From Bradymonadia bacterium (lineage in GTDB: Bacteria; Myxococcota_A; Bradymonadia; UBA7976; UBA1532), in NCBI GenBank assembly GCA_046290225.1, contig JBKAGE010000071.1:108480-172479 (forward strand): DNA of 64,000 nt, in the 5' to 3' direction. Shown here one piece after another: positions 1 through 11,014 of this stretch (position 1 is the first letter of the stretch; every line of letters begins with the position of its first letter). The notes under the pieces are model-generated. The model was not told where the DNA came from. It searched no databases and worked only from the letters and a program-made list of their open reading frames with translations. The translations under genes and the position numbers were made by a program.

Positions 1-1869
1 CACATTCGAAGACTGGCGTGCCAGAGTAGAGCGTGATCTCAAGGGCGCCGACTTCGAGAAGCGGTTGGTGACCCCCACGCTGGAGGGCATCGACGTTCAG
101 CCGCTCTACCACCGTGAAGGGCCTGCTCTGGCCACAGGTGCACGGCGAGATGGCAGAGCGCCGGGCTGGATCATCGCCAGCCGCATCGACGCGCCGGATC
201 CCCAGGTGGCCGCCGAGGCCATCACCACAGATCTGGCCTTCGGGGTCGAGCAGCTGCGCTTCGTCACAGACGTCTCCGTACGCCTGGGCGGCATGCCCGA
301 AGGTGATGGGGTGGTCCTCGACTCTGCTGGGGCGCTGCTCACGGCGCTGAGTGAGGTTGATCTGAAGCGCGTGCACCTCGCCTTCGAGGTGGGCGCACGG
401 GGTCCGGTCATGGCCCAAATGCTCGATCTCGTCGCCCGTGATCGCGGCGTGTCTCTGAGCGCACTCAACGGCGAGATCGGCGCCGATCCGTTGGGGGCCC
501 TCGCCGCCGATGGCGCGCTCCCTGTCTCCATCGAGGCTGCCTTCGACGATCTGCGGGCCCTGGCCCGGTGGGCCCACGAACGGGCCCCGGGGTTGCGGGC
601 CGCCCGAGTCTCCGTGGCACCTCATCAAGAGTGCGGCGCCCACTGGGGGCAGGCGGTCTCCTGGGCCCTCGCCACGGGCCTGACGTACCTGCGGGCGCTC
701 ACCGAAGGCGAGGGCGCCCTCACCGTGGCCGAGGCCGCGTCGCAGATGTGCTTCGAGGTGGCCGTGGGCCGTGACACCTTCATGGCCATCGCCGGCATCC
801 GGGCGCTGCGTCACACCTGGGGTCGTGTGCTCGAGGCCTGTGGTGCACCCGAAGCCAGCGTGCACACCCGCATTCACAGCCGCACCGCCCGCCACGGCCT
901 CAGCCGTCGCGACGCCCGAGTGAACATGCTCCGCACCACGGCGGCGGCTTTCGCCAGCGTGCTCGGCGGCGCGGACTCGGTCTCGGTGACGCCGTTCGAT
1001 CGACCCCTCGGGGTGCCCACCGCCGACGCTCGACGCCACGCGCTGCACATCCAGACCCTGCTGCGCGAAGAGGCCCACCTCGGCAAGGTGGCTGATCCCG
1101 CAGGGGGCAGCGCCTACATCGAGGCCCTCACCGAGGCCTTGTGCGAGAAAGCCTGGGCCGGCCTGCAGCAGATCGAGCGGGAGCGGGGCATGGTCCGCCG
1201 CGTCATCTCCGGCCGGGTGGCCGCCGCTGTGGCCGAGACCGCAGTTGAGCGCCGTCGCCGCATCGCCCGAGCCAAAGATCCGCTCGTGGGGGTGAGCGCC
1301 TTCCCGTGGCTCGACGAGCCCGTAGCGGCGAACCGCCCTGCGCGACGCCCAGATGTGGGCGAAGAGAGCCTCACCGGCGAGGCCCCTGAGCCCGAAGCCG
1401 TGGTGGCCCCGGCCATGGCCCCCTTCAGCGAGGCCCACGAGTTCGAGTACTTGCGGGACATGAGCGACGCCGTGCTCGCCAACACCGGGGCGCGCCCCTC
1501 GGTGTTCCTTGCCAACATCGGCCCGCTGGCCCACTACAAACCCCGGGCCGACTTCAGCGCTCAGCTGCTCGCCGCGGGGGGCATCGCCGCCCTCGATCAG
1601 GGCGGCTACGACACCGCAGAGGCCGCAGCGGAGGCCTTCACCGCCTCTGGTGCGGCTGCGGCGGTGCTGTGCGGACGAGACGGCGATTATGTCGAGGTGG
1701 CCGAGGGCTTCGCCCAGGCCCTCAAGGCCGCAGGGGCACAGACGGTGATGCTCGCCGGGCGTCCAGGGGAGCACGAGGCGGCGTGGCGCACGGCTGGCGT
1801 CGACACCTTCATCTATCGGGGGGTGAACATCCTCGCCGTGCTCCACGGGCTCATGGAGGAGGTTGGCAA

Positions 1870-1873
<4 letters not shown>
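1..1873 (+). CDS. mutA: Methylmalonyl-CoA mutase small (beta) subunit, 5'-truncated by the window edge
   Basis: The frame is open from base 2 ([23 protein letters not shown]). It contains VNMLRTT and [10 protein letters not shown] motifs and a C-terminal B12-like domain lacking DxHxxG. ATGA overlap with the large subunit gene. Confidence 0.92.
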
Positions 1874-4017
<2,144 letters not shown>

Positions 4018-4027
4018 GCGCCCCATC

Positions 4028-5020
4028 GTGAAGCCCGCCCCCACAGTCGAAGACTACATCGCAGGTGTACGCGCTGGTGATCGGGCCACCCTCGCCCGGG
4101 CCATCACCCTCATCGAGTCCGATCTGCCCGCCCACGCCGAGAAAGCGCAGGCCGTGCTTCAAGGCCTGACCCCACACGCCGGCGGCGCACTGCGCGTGGG
4201 CATGAGCGGTGTGCCCGGGGTGGGGAAGAGCACCCTCATCGAGTCGCTGGGCACTCAACTCACCGAGCAGGGCCACCGCGTCGCCGTGCTCGCCGTGGAT
4301 CCATCGAGCGCCCTCACCGGCGGCAGCATCCTCGGCGACAAGACCCGCATGGGGCAGCTCTCAGTGAACCCTGACGCCTACATCCGCCCGTCGCCCGCGG
4401 GACGCACCCTCGGCGGCGTGGCCCGCAAGACCCTCGAGACGATGACCGTGTGCGAGGCCGCGGGCTTCGACGTGATCATCGTGGAGACTGTGGGGGTGGG
4501 GCAGTCCGAGGCCCTGGCCTCGGAGATGGTGGACACCTTCGTGGTGCTGATGCTCGCCGGGGCAGGCGATGAACTGCAGGGCATCAAGCGGGGGATCCTC
4601 GAGCTCGCCGACGTGCTGGCCATCAACAAGGCCGATGGCGATAACCTGCCCCGCGCCCGCGCCGCTCAGGGCGCATATCGCTCGGCGTTACGCTATCTGC
4701 ACCCACCGGGGAGCCTCTGGGCGCCGCCAGTGCTCACCGTGAGTGGTCAGACCGGCGACGGTCTGGAGCGGCTATGGTCCACGGTGGTGGAGCATCGCGA
4801 GCACCTGGAGTCGTCGGGCGCCCTCGCCGAGAAACGCAGCGCGCAGCAGCTGGGCTGGATGTGGCGTTTGGTGGAGGGGGCGCTCAAAGACGCATTGCAT
4901 CGCCACCCGGCTGTTTCGGCAGCGCTGCCCACGCTGAAGCAGCAGGTTCTTCGGGGCGAGGTGGCCCCCGCAGTGGCGGCGAAGCGAGTGCTTGGGGTCT
5001 TTGGCGTGAGTGATGCATGA
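4028..5020 (+). CDS. meaB: Methylmalonyl-CoA mutase-associated GTPase MeaB
   Basis: GVPGVGKS P-loop, DPSS...GGSILGDKTRM, ETVGVGQSE, NKAD. Lies in the mutase operon. Confidence 0.96.
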   Translation: MKPAPTVEDYIAGVRAGDRATLARAITLIESDLPAHAEKAQAVLQGLTPHAGGALRVGMSGVPGVGKSTLIESLGTQLTEQGHRVAVLAVDPSSALTGGSILGDKTRMGQLSVNPDAYIRPSPAGRTLGGVARKTLETMTVCEAAGFDVIIVETVGVGQSEALASEMVDTFVVLMLAGAGDELQGIKRGILELADVLAINKADGDNLPRARAAQGAYRSALRYLHPPGSLWAPPVLTVSGQTGDGLERLWSTVVEHREHLESSGALAEKRSAQQLGWMWRLVEGALKDALHRHPAVSAALPTLKQQVLRGEVAPAVAAKRVLGVFGVSDA

Positions 5021-7827
5021 CAGAGACCACCAAGCTACTCTCGACGCTCACCGAGCAACTTCAGCAGTCACCCTCAACCGCCATCTTCGAGGGTGTATTG
5101 AGCACCCTGCGCCAGCTCGCGCTGTTCGACAGGCCCGCCTTCGATGCAGAGGCCTTGCCCCTTGTAGAGGCGCAACTGGAGCGGTTCCCGAGTCACATGC
5201 GGCTCGGTGATGATGAGCTCATCGTCGATCTCGTCGGAGGCACTGTCCCGCTCAGCATTCTCCGTGTCGTCTCGGCCCTCGACATGGGCCTGATGCTGGC
5301 CAGCCCCACCGACAGGCGGCGGCTCAAAACGTGGCTTGTGGGCTATCCGGTAGATGGCCCCACCATCGAAGGTGTGCGCTGGCGCATGCCCGAAGGTTAC
5401 GGGCCTATGGCTTTGGAGCACTTCACGATGCGAGGCCCCATGCTCGCTTCGCCGCTCTTCAGGTCGCTCCGGGTCTTCGATGCCTCACAGACGGGGGCGT
5501 GCGTCAGTGTTTTCGAGCATCCGGAGCAGGTCTCCACCACAGGGGACGACCATTTTCTAGGGTTCAGGCTCGACGAGGTGGCGGCGATCTCCGAGCAGCT
5601 TGAGGTCATCAACCTCTTCGGCGAGGCGCAGGGGTTCAGCCTGCCCCAGGGCTGGGGTCAGGGGACGCATCCGCTCCGAAAGACGCTCCGAGCGGTCAAT
5701 GTCGGTGGCGGGTTGCCCATCGACCATGGCGCAGCGCTGCGGCTGGTGCACGGCTCTACAGTCCAGGCGCTCTATGCCGAAGCTGGATCTGTAGCCGAGC
5801 AATGGGTGAGGGGAGAGGGTGAAGAGCCCTTCACACCCAGCGCGCCGTGGACGCCCGAGCAGGTGCGGAGTGTACGTGGCCACGTCGACACGCTCATCTA
5901 TGGCCACACAGGCTCTGCCACGATCTACACACCGCATGCACTCACAGACTGGTGCACGTGGTTCGGCACTGACACCCCGCCACCGAGCTGGCCTGAGGTG
6001 CCCCCTGTCGCGCAGAAGTCTGGCAAGGCTTCCAGTGGGTCCCGCTCTGAACCCGAGGCAGATCTGGCGCAGCTGCAGTCGCTTCTGAATCAACCACCAG
6101 CCTTAGATGCCCCTGAGTTCGATCAGGACACGTGGAGGCTGCAGGTGTGTCGTTTGATCGAGGCCGCACACACCGCCGATCCTGATGTGTATGCCCACAC
6201 ATGGCGCCCGATCCTCGATGCCCAGGGTGAGCTCTGGGCGCGGTGGCCGCTCAAGTACATCCGGAGTGGGGCGCAGCTGACCACCTGGTCAGAGCGGATC
6301 CCCTTCGCTCAGATTGGAGCCACGGTCTCCTCGGATGTCGAGACCATCGAGACGCTGGCTCAGGCCAACGGCCTCGAGCGTGTGGTGCATTTGAGCCTGA
6401 GAGGCCAGTGCCCTGAGCAAGGTCACATCGCTGAGCTGCTGAGTAAGCCACTGACTGCGCTGAAAATTCTGAACATCAACTTCAGGATCAATCACGCCGT
6501 CGCCGAGGCGCTGTGTCAGTCTCCACACCTGAAGGCGCTACAGGAACTCCACGTCGCAGGCCTCTCTTCCGCAGCGTTGCGCGTCCTCAGCGATGCGCCG
6601 CTTTCGAAACAGCTCACCGTGGTCAAGCACATTGATCTCGACGAAGGCGCGGCGCAGACGCTCGCCCGCTCGGGGGCGCTGCCCAATGTGGAGCAGCTGC
6701 GATGCTGGAATATGTCCTCTGGCGCCGCTGGGGCCCTCGCCGAGGCCCACCACATGACATCGTTGACCGCGCTGAGCATCAATATCCGGAATCAGCGCGC
6801 AGATGACATGGCCCGTCTACTCCAGGCACCACAGATGGCCTCTGTGAAGCATCTCGTGCTGGATGGTCAGAGCAATGCCTTCGAGCCACTGGCCCTCGCT
6901 GCCGAGCTGCCAGCCTTGCAGACCCTGCACTGCGAGACTGTCTTCGAAGGTCTGCCCGAGGCGCCTCTCCTCGCAGGGGCGCCCAACCTGAAGCGCTTGA
7001 CGCTCAGATGCTACAGCAGCGGTCACAACCCCAAACCCCTGGCGGCGTGCGAGGCGCTCCAGGGCATCACCGCGCTCGACCTCTCCAGCGTTTCGCTCAA
7101 AGCCCCTGGCGTGAAGGCGCTCCTCAAATCGCCGTACCTCGATGCTTTGGAGCAGCTGGTGCTGGAGCACGTGTACCCGACGAAGGGCAACACCCAGGCC
7201 TGGGCCACTCTCAAACGATGGCCTGTGCATCTCTCCTCTCTCGATCTGGGGCGGAACAACATCAACCACGAGGGGCTCGAGGGCTTCCTTGAGTGTGGGC
7301 TGTTGCCCCAGCTGCGGGCGCTCACGTTGAGCCAGAACCCCATCAACCCCGAAGGGATGAAGGCGATCTGTGCCCGAGAGGCCCTCTCGGGGCTGCACAC
7401 ATTGAAGATGAAGAGCACCGCCATCGGTGATGCGGGGGCAAAGGCCCTGGCCAGGTCTCACTTGCTGGGGCTTCGAACGCTCGACGTATCGAGCTGCGAC
7501 ATCACCGCGGTGGGCATGCGGGCGCTGGCGAAGTCCGAGGTGCTCGCGGGGGTCACCACGCTCGACCTCAGTGGCAACATGCTTGGTGACGCGGGCTTGC
7601 GAGCGTTGGCGAAGAGCCCTCACCTTGAACACCTCGAGGTGCTCGATCTCGGGTATACGGGCATCGGTGACGCGGGGTTGAAGGCCTTGGCGAAGGGGCC
7701 CGCGCTGGGGCGGCTGAAGCGGCTCGTGCTCAGCGGCAACGGGCTCGACTATACCGGGCCTGGGGTGAAGGCGTTGAAGGCCTCTACAGTGCTTCCCGAT
7801 GCATCACGATTGTTCTTCTTGAGGTAG
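5017..7827 (+). CDS. Leucine-rich repeat protein (ribonuclease-inhibitor/GALA-like LRRs)
   Basis: C-terminal repeats of the form LxxLDLSxNxLGDAGxxALAxSPxL; two helical cap modules. Confidence 0.85.
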   Translation: MTETTKLLSTLTEQLQQSPSTAIFEGVLSTLRQLALFDRPAFDAEALPLVEAQLERFPSHMRLGDDELIVDLVGGTVPLSILRVVSALDMGLMLASPTDRRRLKTWLVGYPVDGPTIEGVRWRMPEGYGPMALEHFTMRGPMLASPLFRSLRVFDASQTGACVSVFEHPEQVSTTGDDHFLGFRLDEVAAISEQLEVINLFGEAQGFSLPQGWGQGTHPLRKTLRAVNVGGGLPIDHGAALRLVHGSTVQALYAEAGSVAEQWVRGEGEEPFTPSAPWTPEQVRSVRGHVDTLIYGHTGSATIYTPHALTDWCTWFGTDTPPPSWPEVPPVAQKSGKASSGSRSEPEADLAQLQSLLNQPPALDAPEFDQDTWRLQVCRLIEAAHTADPDVYAHTWRPILDAQGELWARWPLKYIRSGAQLTTWSERIPFAQIGATVSSDVETIETLAQANGLERVVHLSLRGQCPEQGHIAELLSKPLTALKILNINFRINHAVAEALCQSPHLKALQELHVAGLSSAALRVLSDAPLSKQLTVVKHIDLDEGAAQTLARSGALPNVEQLRCWNMSSGAAGALAEAHHMTSLTALSINIRNQRADDMARLLQAPQMASVKHLVLDGQSNAFEPLALAAELPALQTLHCETVFEGLPEAPLLAGAPNLKRLTLRCYSSGHNPKPLAACEALQGITALDLSSVSLKAPGVKALLKSPYLDALEQLVLEHVYPTKGNTQAWATLKRWPVHLSSLDLGRNNINHEGLEGFLECGLLPQLRALTLSQNPINPEGMKAICAREALSGLHTLKMKSTAIGDAGAKALARSHLLGLRTLDVSSCDITAVGMRALAKSEVLAGVTTLDLSGNMLGDAGLRALAKSPHLEHLEVLDLGYTGIGDAGLKALAKGPALGRLKRLVLSGNGLDYTGPGVKALKASTVLPDASRLFFLR

Positions 7828-7882
7828 TCATTCTGCTGGGGAACAGCGCGATGTGGTTGACTCTCCGAGCGTCGTTCGTAAG

Positions 7883-7898
7883 CATACCATGAGGTATG
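7883..7898. promoter_or_regulatory. Probable TetR operator CATACC-N4-GGTATG
   Basis: Perfect 6-bp inverted repeat about 15 bp upstream of the membrane protein-TetR operon. Confidence 0.6.
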
Positions 7899-7912
7899 GT
7901 ACGGAGCGTCTC

Positions 7913-8278
7913 ATGAACACCTTCCTGCTCATCGCCGCCATATTTTCTGGCATCACGTGGGCACTGCACACCTTCCTCGGGGGCCGCGAGCTGGTGCCGC
8001 CGTTGCTTTCGGCAGAGGTTCATCCGGTGCCCAAGTTCACCCACTACTACTGCTGGCATCTCGTCACGTTGACGCTGGCGATCATGGCTCTGGGCTATCT
8101 CTACGCAGCCTTCTTCCCTGGAGGCAGTGATGTGGCAATCATGCTCACCATCCTCTCGGCCACCTTCGCGCTCTGGAGCGTGTACCTGGTGCAATGGAAG
8201 CAGCAGCGGTGGTTTCAAATGCCTCAGTGGGTACTCTTTCTGAGCATCACTGGGGTGGCGATCCCGGGGCTGATATGA
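7913..8278 (+). CDS. Small integral membrane protein (about 4 TM helices)
   Basis: Hydrophobic segments, GGAG RBS before ATG 7913, ATGA overlap with the tetR gene. Confidence 0.8.
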   Translation: MNTFLLIAAIFSGITWALHTFLGGRELVPPLLSAEVHPVPKFTHYYCWHLVTLTLAIMALGYLYAAFFPGGSDVAIMLTILSATFALWSVYLVQWKQQRWFQMPQWVLFLSITGVAIPGLI

Positions 8279-8793
8279 GCGGGCGACTCACGCGAGCAGA
8301 CTGGTCCAGTCTCGCCCTCAGAGTGCTCTCCGAAGAGGGGCCCGAAGGCCTGACCATCGCGAGGCTGTGCGAGCGAGCGGGCAAGACTCGGGGATCGCTC
8401 TACCATCATTTTCCCGGGCGTGAGGCGTTGCTCGAGGCCACCCTCGAGGCCTGGCGAGCGCGGAACACTGATGCGCTGATCCAAGCCACCCCGCCCGAGC
8501 GTGGGGCCGCGGGTCATCTGAACGAGCTGGCCCTGGCGCTGGATTTCGAACTGGAGCAAGCCGCCCGTCGGCTGATCAGCCGCGAGCCCTGGCTCGAACG
8601 TCATATCCGAGAAGTCGATGCTGCCCGCATCGAGCACTTGAAGCGTCTCAACGCGGCGGAAGGCGTCGACGAAGAGACCGCACAAACGCAAGCTGAGTTG
8701 GAGTACGCGATCTTCCTCGGTGTGCAGCAGCTCGACCTCACGCCAGAGCGGATCAAGACGCTCTATGCGTGGTTCGTGGACAAGTTGAGCTGA
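8275..8793 (+). CDS. TetR/AcrR family transcriptional regulator
   Basis: HTH LTIARLCERAGKTRGSLYHHF. Confidence 0.92.
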   Translation: MSGRLTRADWSSLALRVLSEEGPEGLTIARLCERAGKTRGSLYHHFPGREALLEATLEAWRARNTDALIQATPPERGAAGHLNELALALDFELEQAARRLISREPWLERHIREVDAARIEHLKRLNAAEGVDEETAQTQAELEYAIFLGVQQLDLTPERIKTLYAWFVDKLS

Positions 8794-8802
8794 AGCGGGT
8801 GC

Positions 8803-9381
8803 TCAGGGTGTCTCGATGAGTTGAAGAGTTGTCACCACGGCTGTGCCCACCACCTTGGCCCCCTCGTGCATTTTGAGCACCCGGCCCACGGCGACCTCTC
8901 TCCAGGAAGGCACATGACGCGGGTGTAAACGCACCATCGTCGTCTCTCCAGGAGCGAGCTCGCTCACTCCCTCGAGGGTGATGGGGGCACCACACAAACA
9001 CAGCCCGCGGGCGTCGGGGTTGTGGTTGATGTTCCAGTCTGCCCGGTAGCCCGAGAAGATCGGCTTCGAGCGTCCTTCTTCGGGGCCCATGAGCGTCAGC
9101 TCGGCCTCGATGTAGCCGGAGCGCACTGCGTAGCTCCTCAACCAGCACTTCTGAGCAGAGTTGCGGAGCTTCAGCTCGCTGAAGGTCTGCGTCAGCGCCT
9201 TCCAGAAATCCAGTGACGCATCACCCCGTGCGTCCGCATGCTGTACCAGCAGATCCGCAACAAAACGGGTCTCGTAGCTTCGCATGTGCTCATGCAGGTC
9301 ATCGGGGAGGGGGATGGGGCTGAGCTCGATGGCTCGCGCCAGATGGAGGTTGGCTCTGTGGAGCGCTGTTTGCCCGGACAT
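8803..9381 (-). CDS. Two-domain protein: helical N-terminal domain plus EF-Tu domain III-like beta-barrel
   Basis: C-terminal half IEAELTLMGPEEGRSKPIFSGYRADW...LAPGETT...MHEGAKVVGTAVV parallels EF-Tu domain III. No GTPase domain. Confidence 0.7.
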   Translation of the reverse strand: MSGQTALHRANLHLARAIELSPIPLPDDLHEHMRSYETRFVADLLVQHADARGDASLDFWKALTQTFSELKLRNSAQKCWLRSYAVRSGYIEAELTLMGPEEGRSKPIFSGYRADWNINHNPDARGLCLCGAPITLEGVSELAPGETTMVRLHPRHVPSWREVAVGRVLKMHEGAKVVGTAVVTTLQLIETP

Positions 9382-9443
9382 CGAGAGCAGATCGCAGAAG
9401 GCTGGAAGGTGAGGTCAGTCGCCCGTAAGAGCGTGTATTCGTC

Positions 9444-10799
9444 TTACTGCGCCGCAGGCAGGGCGCTCTGGTGTGGCCCGCTCACAGCGGTGTCGCTGAT
9501 GTTGCCGGTGGAGCCCACCACGTAGAGGTAGTAGTCCTCGTCGACGACGTTGTAGCGGTAGAAGTTGCTCGGCCACTCCTTGTAGAGCGACACCGTAGCG
9601 CTCAGCTTGGCGCCAGCAGGCACGCGGGCCTGGATCCAGTCGACGCTGTCGCCGGAGACCGAGTTCAGCTCATGAGACTTGCCGTCGACCTCCACCCGAA
9701 GGGTCAAGTCGAAGTCGTTGAAGCTGTTGTAGTGGTGGTACCAGCCTGCGGCAGTCCACACCGTCGGGGCCCCGTAGCCCGTGAGGGCCGCGGCGCCGAG
9801 GATCTGCATCGCCTCGACGTAGGTGTAGCGGGCGTACTTGCTCACCACGAGCACCGTGACGAACTGCGTGTCGCCTGAGGTGAACTCGAAGGTGTCGGGG
9901 TTGCCGGTCTCGGAGGTGCCCTTCACCATGAACGAGGTGTCGTTGTCGCTCATCTGAGCAGCGAACTCTTCGGTGTAGGCCTCGAAGAGCTCGTAGGTGC
10001 GGACCTCACCGCCCTCTGCCCACTCGACATCGACGGTGCGACAGACACCTGCCTCGTCGCTGCCCCAACACTCACCGCCGTCTTCTGCGAGGTACTGCCC
10101 GTGGTCGTCAGCCTTGTAGCCGTGACCTCCGATGGGGCCCAACGGGCCGAGGGGGCCCAGCGCGCCGAGGGGGCCCACAGGGCCGAGCACGCCCCAGACA
10201 CCACCGGGGGCGAGGTGGGCGATGAAGTCGCCTTCGGGCACGTCGTCGGCGTTGGGGTTCTCGGCCTTGAAGTCTTCCGCCTGAGCAGGCCACAGCTCAG
10301 TGTTCAAGGGGCCCTTGCTGCCCAGAGGGCCGTCGGCGGAGAGGGGGCCGCCATCGGCGTTGATGGTGCGAGCGAAATAGTCCCAACCGGCGCTGCCAGA
10401 GATGTATGAAGACGGGCTCCAGGCCTCACCGGCCGCAGGGCCCAGCAGGCCCAGAGGACCATACTCGCCGATGGGGCCGTAGTGGCCCAGAGCGCTCATG
10501 GGCTTGAGGTAGTCGCTCGCTTTGAGAGGATCACCGACGAAGAGCGCGTCGATGGCCGGCGCGACACCCTCGAGATCACCCTCGAGAGACTCCACCCGAG
10601 AAGCAGAGGTGTAGTACCAGCTGCCCCGAGCCTCGTCGGCCTTGCCGGGAATCCGGGGACCGGCGCTCTCGTGGTTGCCCTTGGCCTCGGCAGGGGCCTC
10701 TACAGGGGCCTCGTCGGAGGTGCCTTCCTCGGCTTCACCGGCACAACCGGAGAGCAGGAGGGCGGCACTGAGAGCGGCGCTGGTGGAGAGGTGCTTCAT
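9444..10799 (-). CDS. Lipoprotein with G-P-L triplet repeats
   Basis: Lipobox LSGC, GAGG RBS, repeated GPLGxLGP segments. Confidence 0.8.
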   Translation of the reverse strand: MKHLSTSAALSAALLLSGCAGEAEEGTSDEAPVEAPAEAKGNHESAGPRIPGKADEARGSWYYTSASRVESLEGDLEGVAPAIDALFVGDPLKASDYLKPMSALGHYGPIGEYGPLGLLGPAAGEAWSPSSYISGSAGWDYFARTINADGGPLSADGPLGSKGPLNTELWPAQAEDFKAENPNADDVPEGDFIAHLAPGGVWGVLGPVGPLGALGPLGPLGPIGGHGYKADDHGQYLAEDGGECWGSDEAGVCRTVDVEWAEGGEVRTYELFEAYTEEFAAQMSDNDTSFMVKGTSETGNPDTFEFTSGDTQFVTVLVVSKYARYTYVEAMQILGAAALTGYGAPTVWTAAGWYHHYNSFNDFDLTLRVEVDGKSHELNSVSGDSVDWIQARVPAGAKLSATVSLYKEWPSNFYRYNVVDEDYYLYVVGSTGNISDTAVSGPHQSALPAAQ

Positions 10800-10837
10800 G
10801 GGATCCTCACGTGAGCGTGCGTGTTGGCGAGGTGTGT

Positions 10838-10853
10838 AGCAAATCACAGGCCA
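10838..10853 (-). promoter_or_regulatory. Putative sigma-54 promoter (-24/-12)
   Basis: Minus strand reads TGGCCTGTGATTTGCT, with exact GG-N10-GC spacing, about 40 bp upstream of the ATG at 10799. Confidence 0.55.
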
Positions 10854-11014
10854 TCAGAGAAGCTCTGAAACAGGCATGAAAACGGGCGTACTCGAGATGA
10901 AGGTGGTGACTCGTGTGGCCAGGGGTGGCTGGTCGATGCACCACCTGAGGGCAGGGCGTCATCCAGAGACAGCCTGGATGGAGCACGACGGGGTGAGTTC
11001 GTTACACTGAGCCC

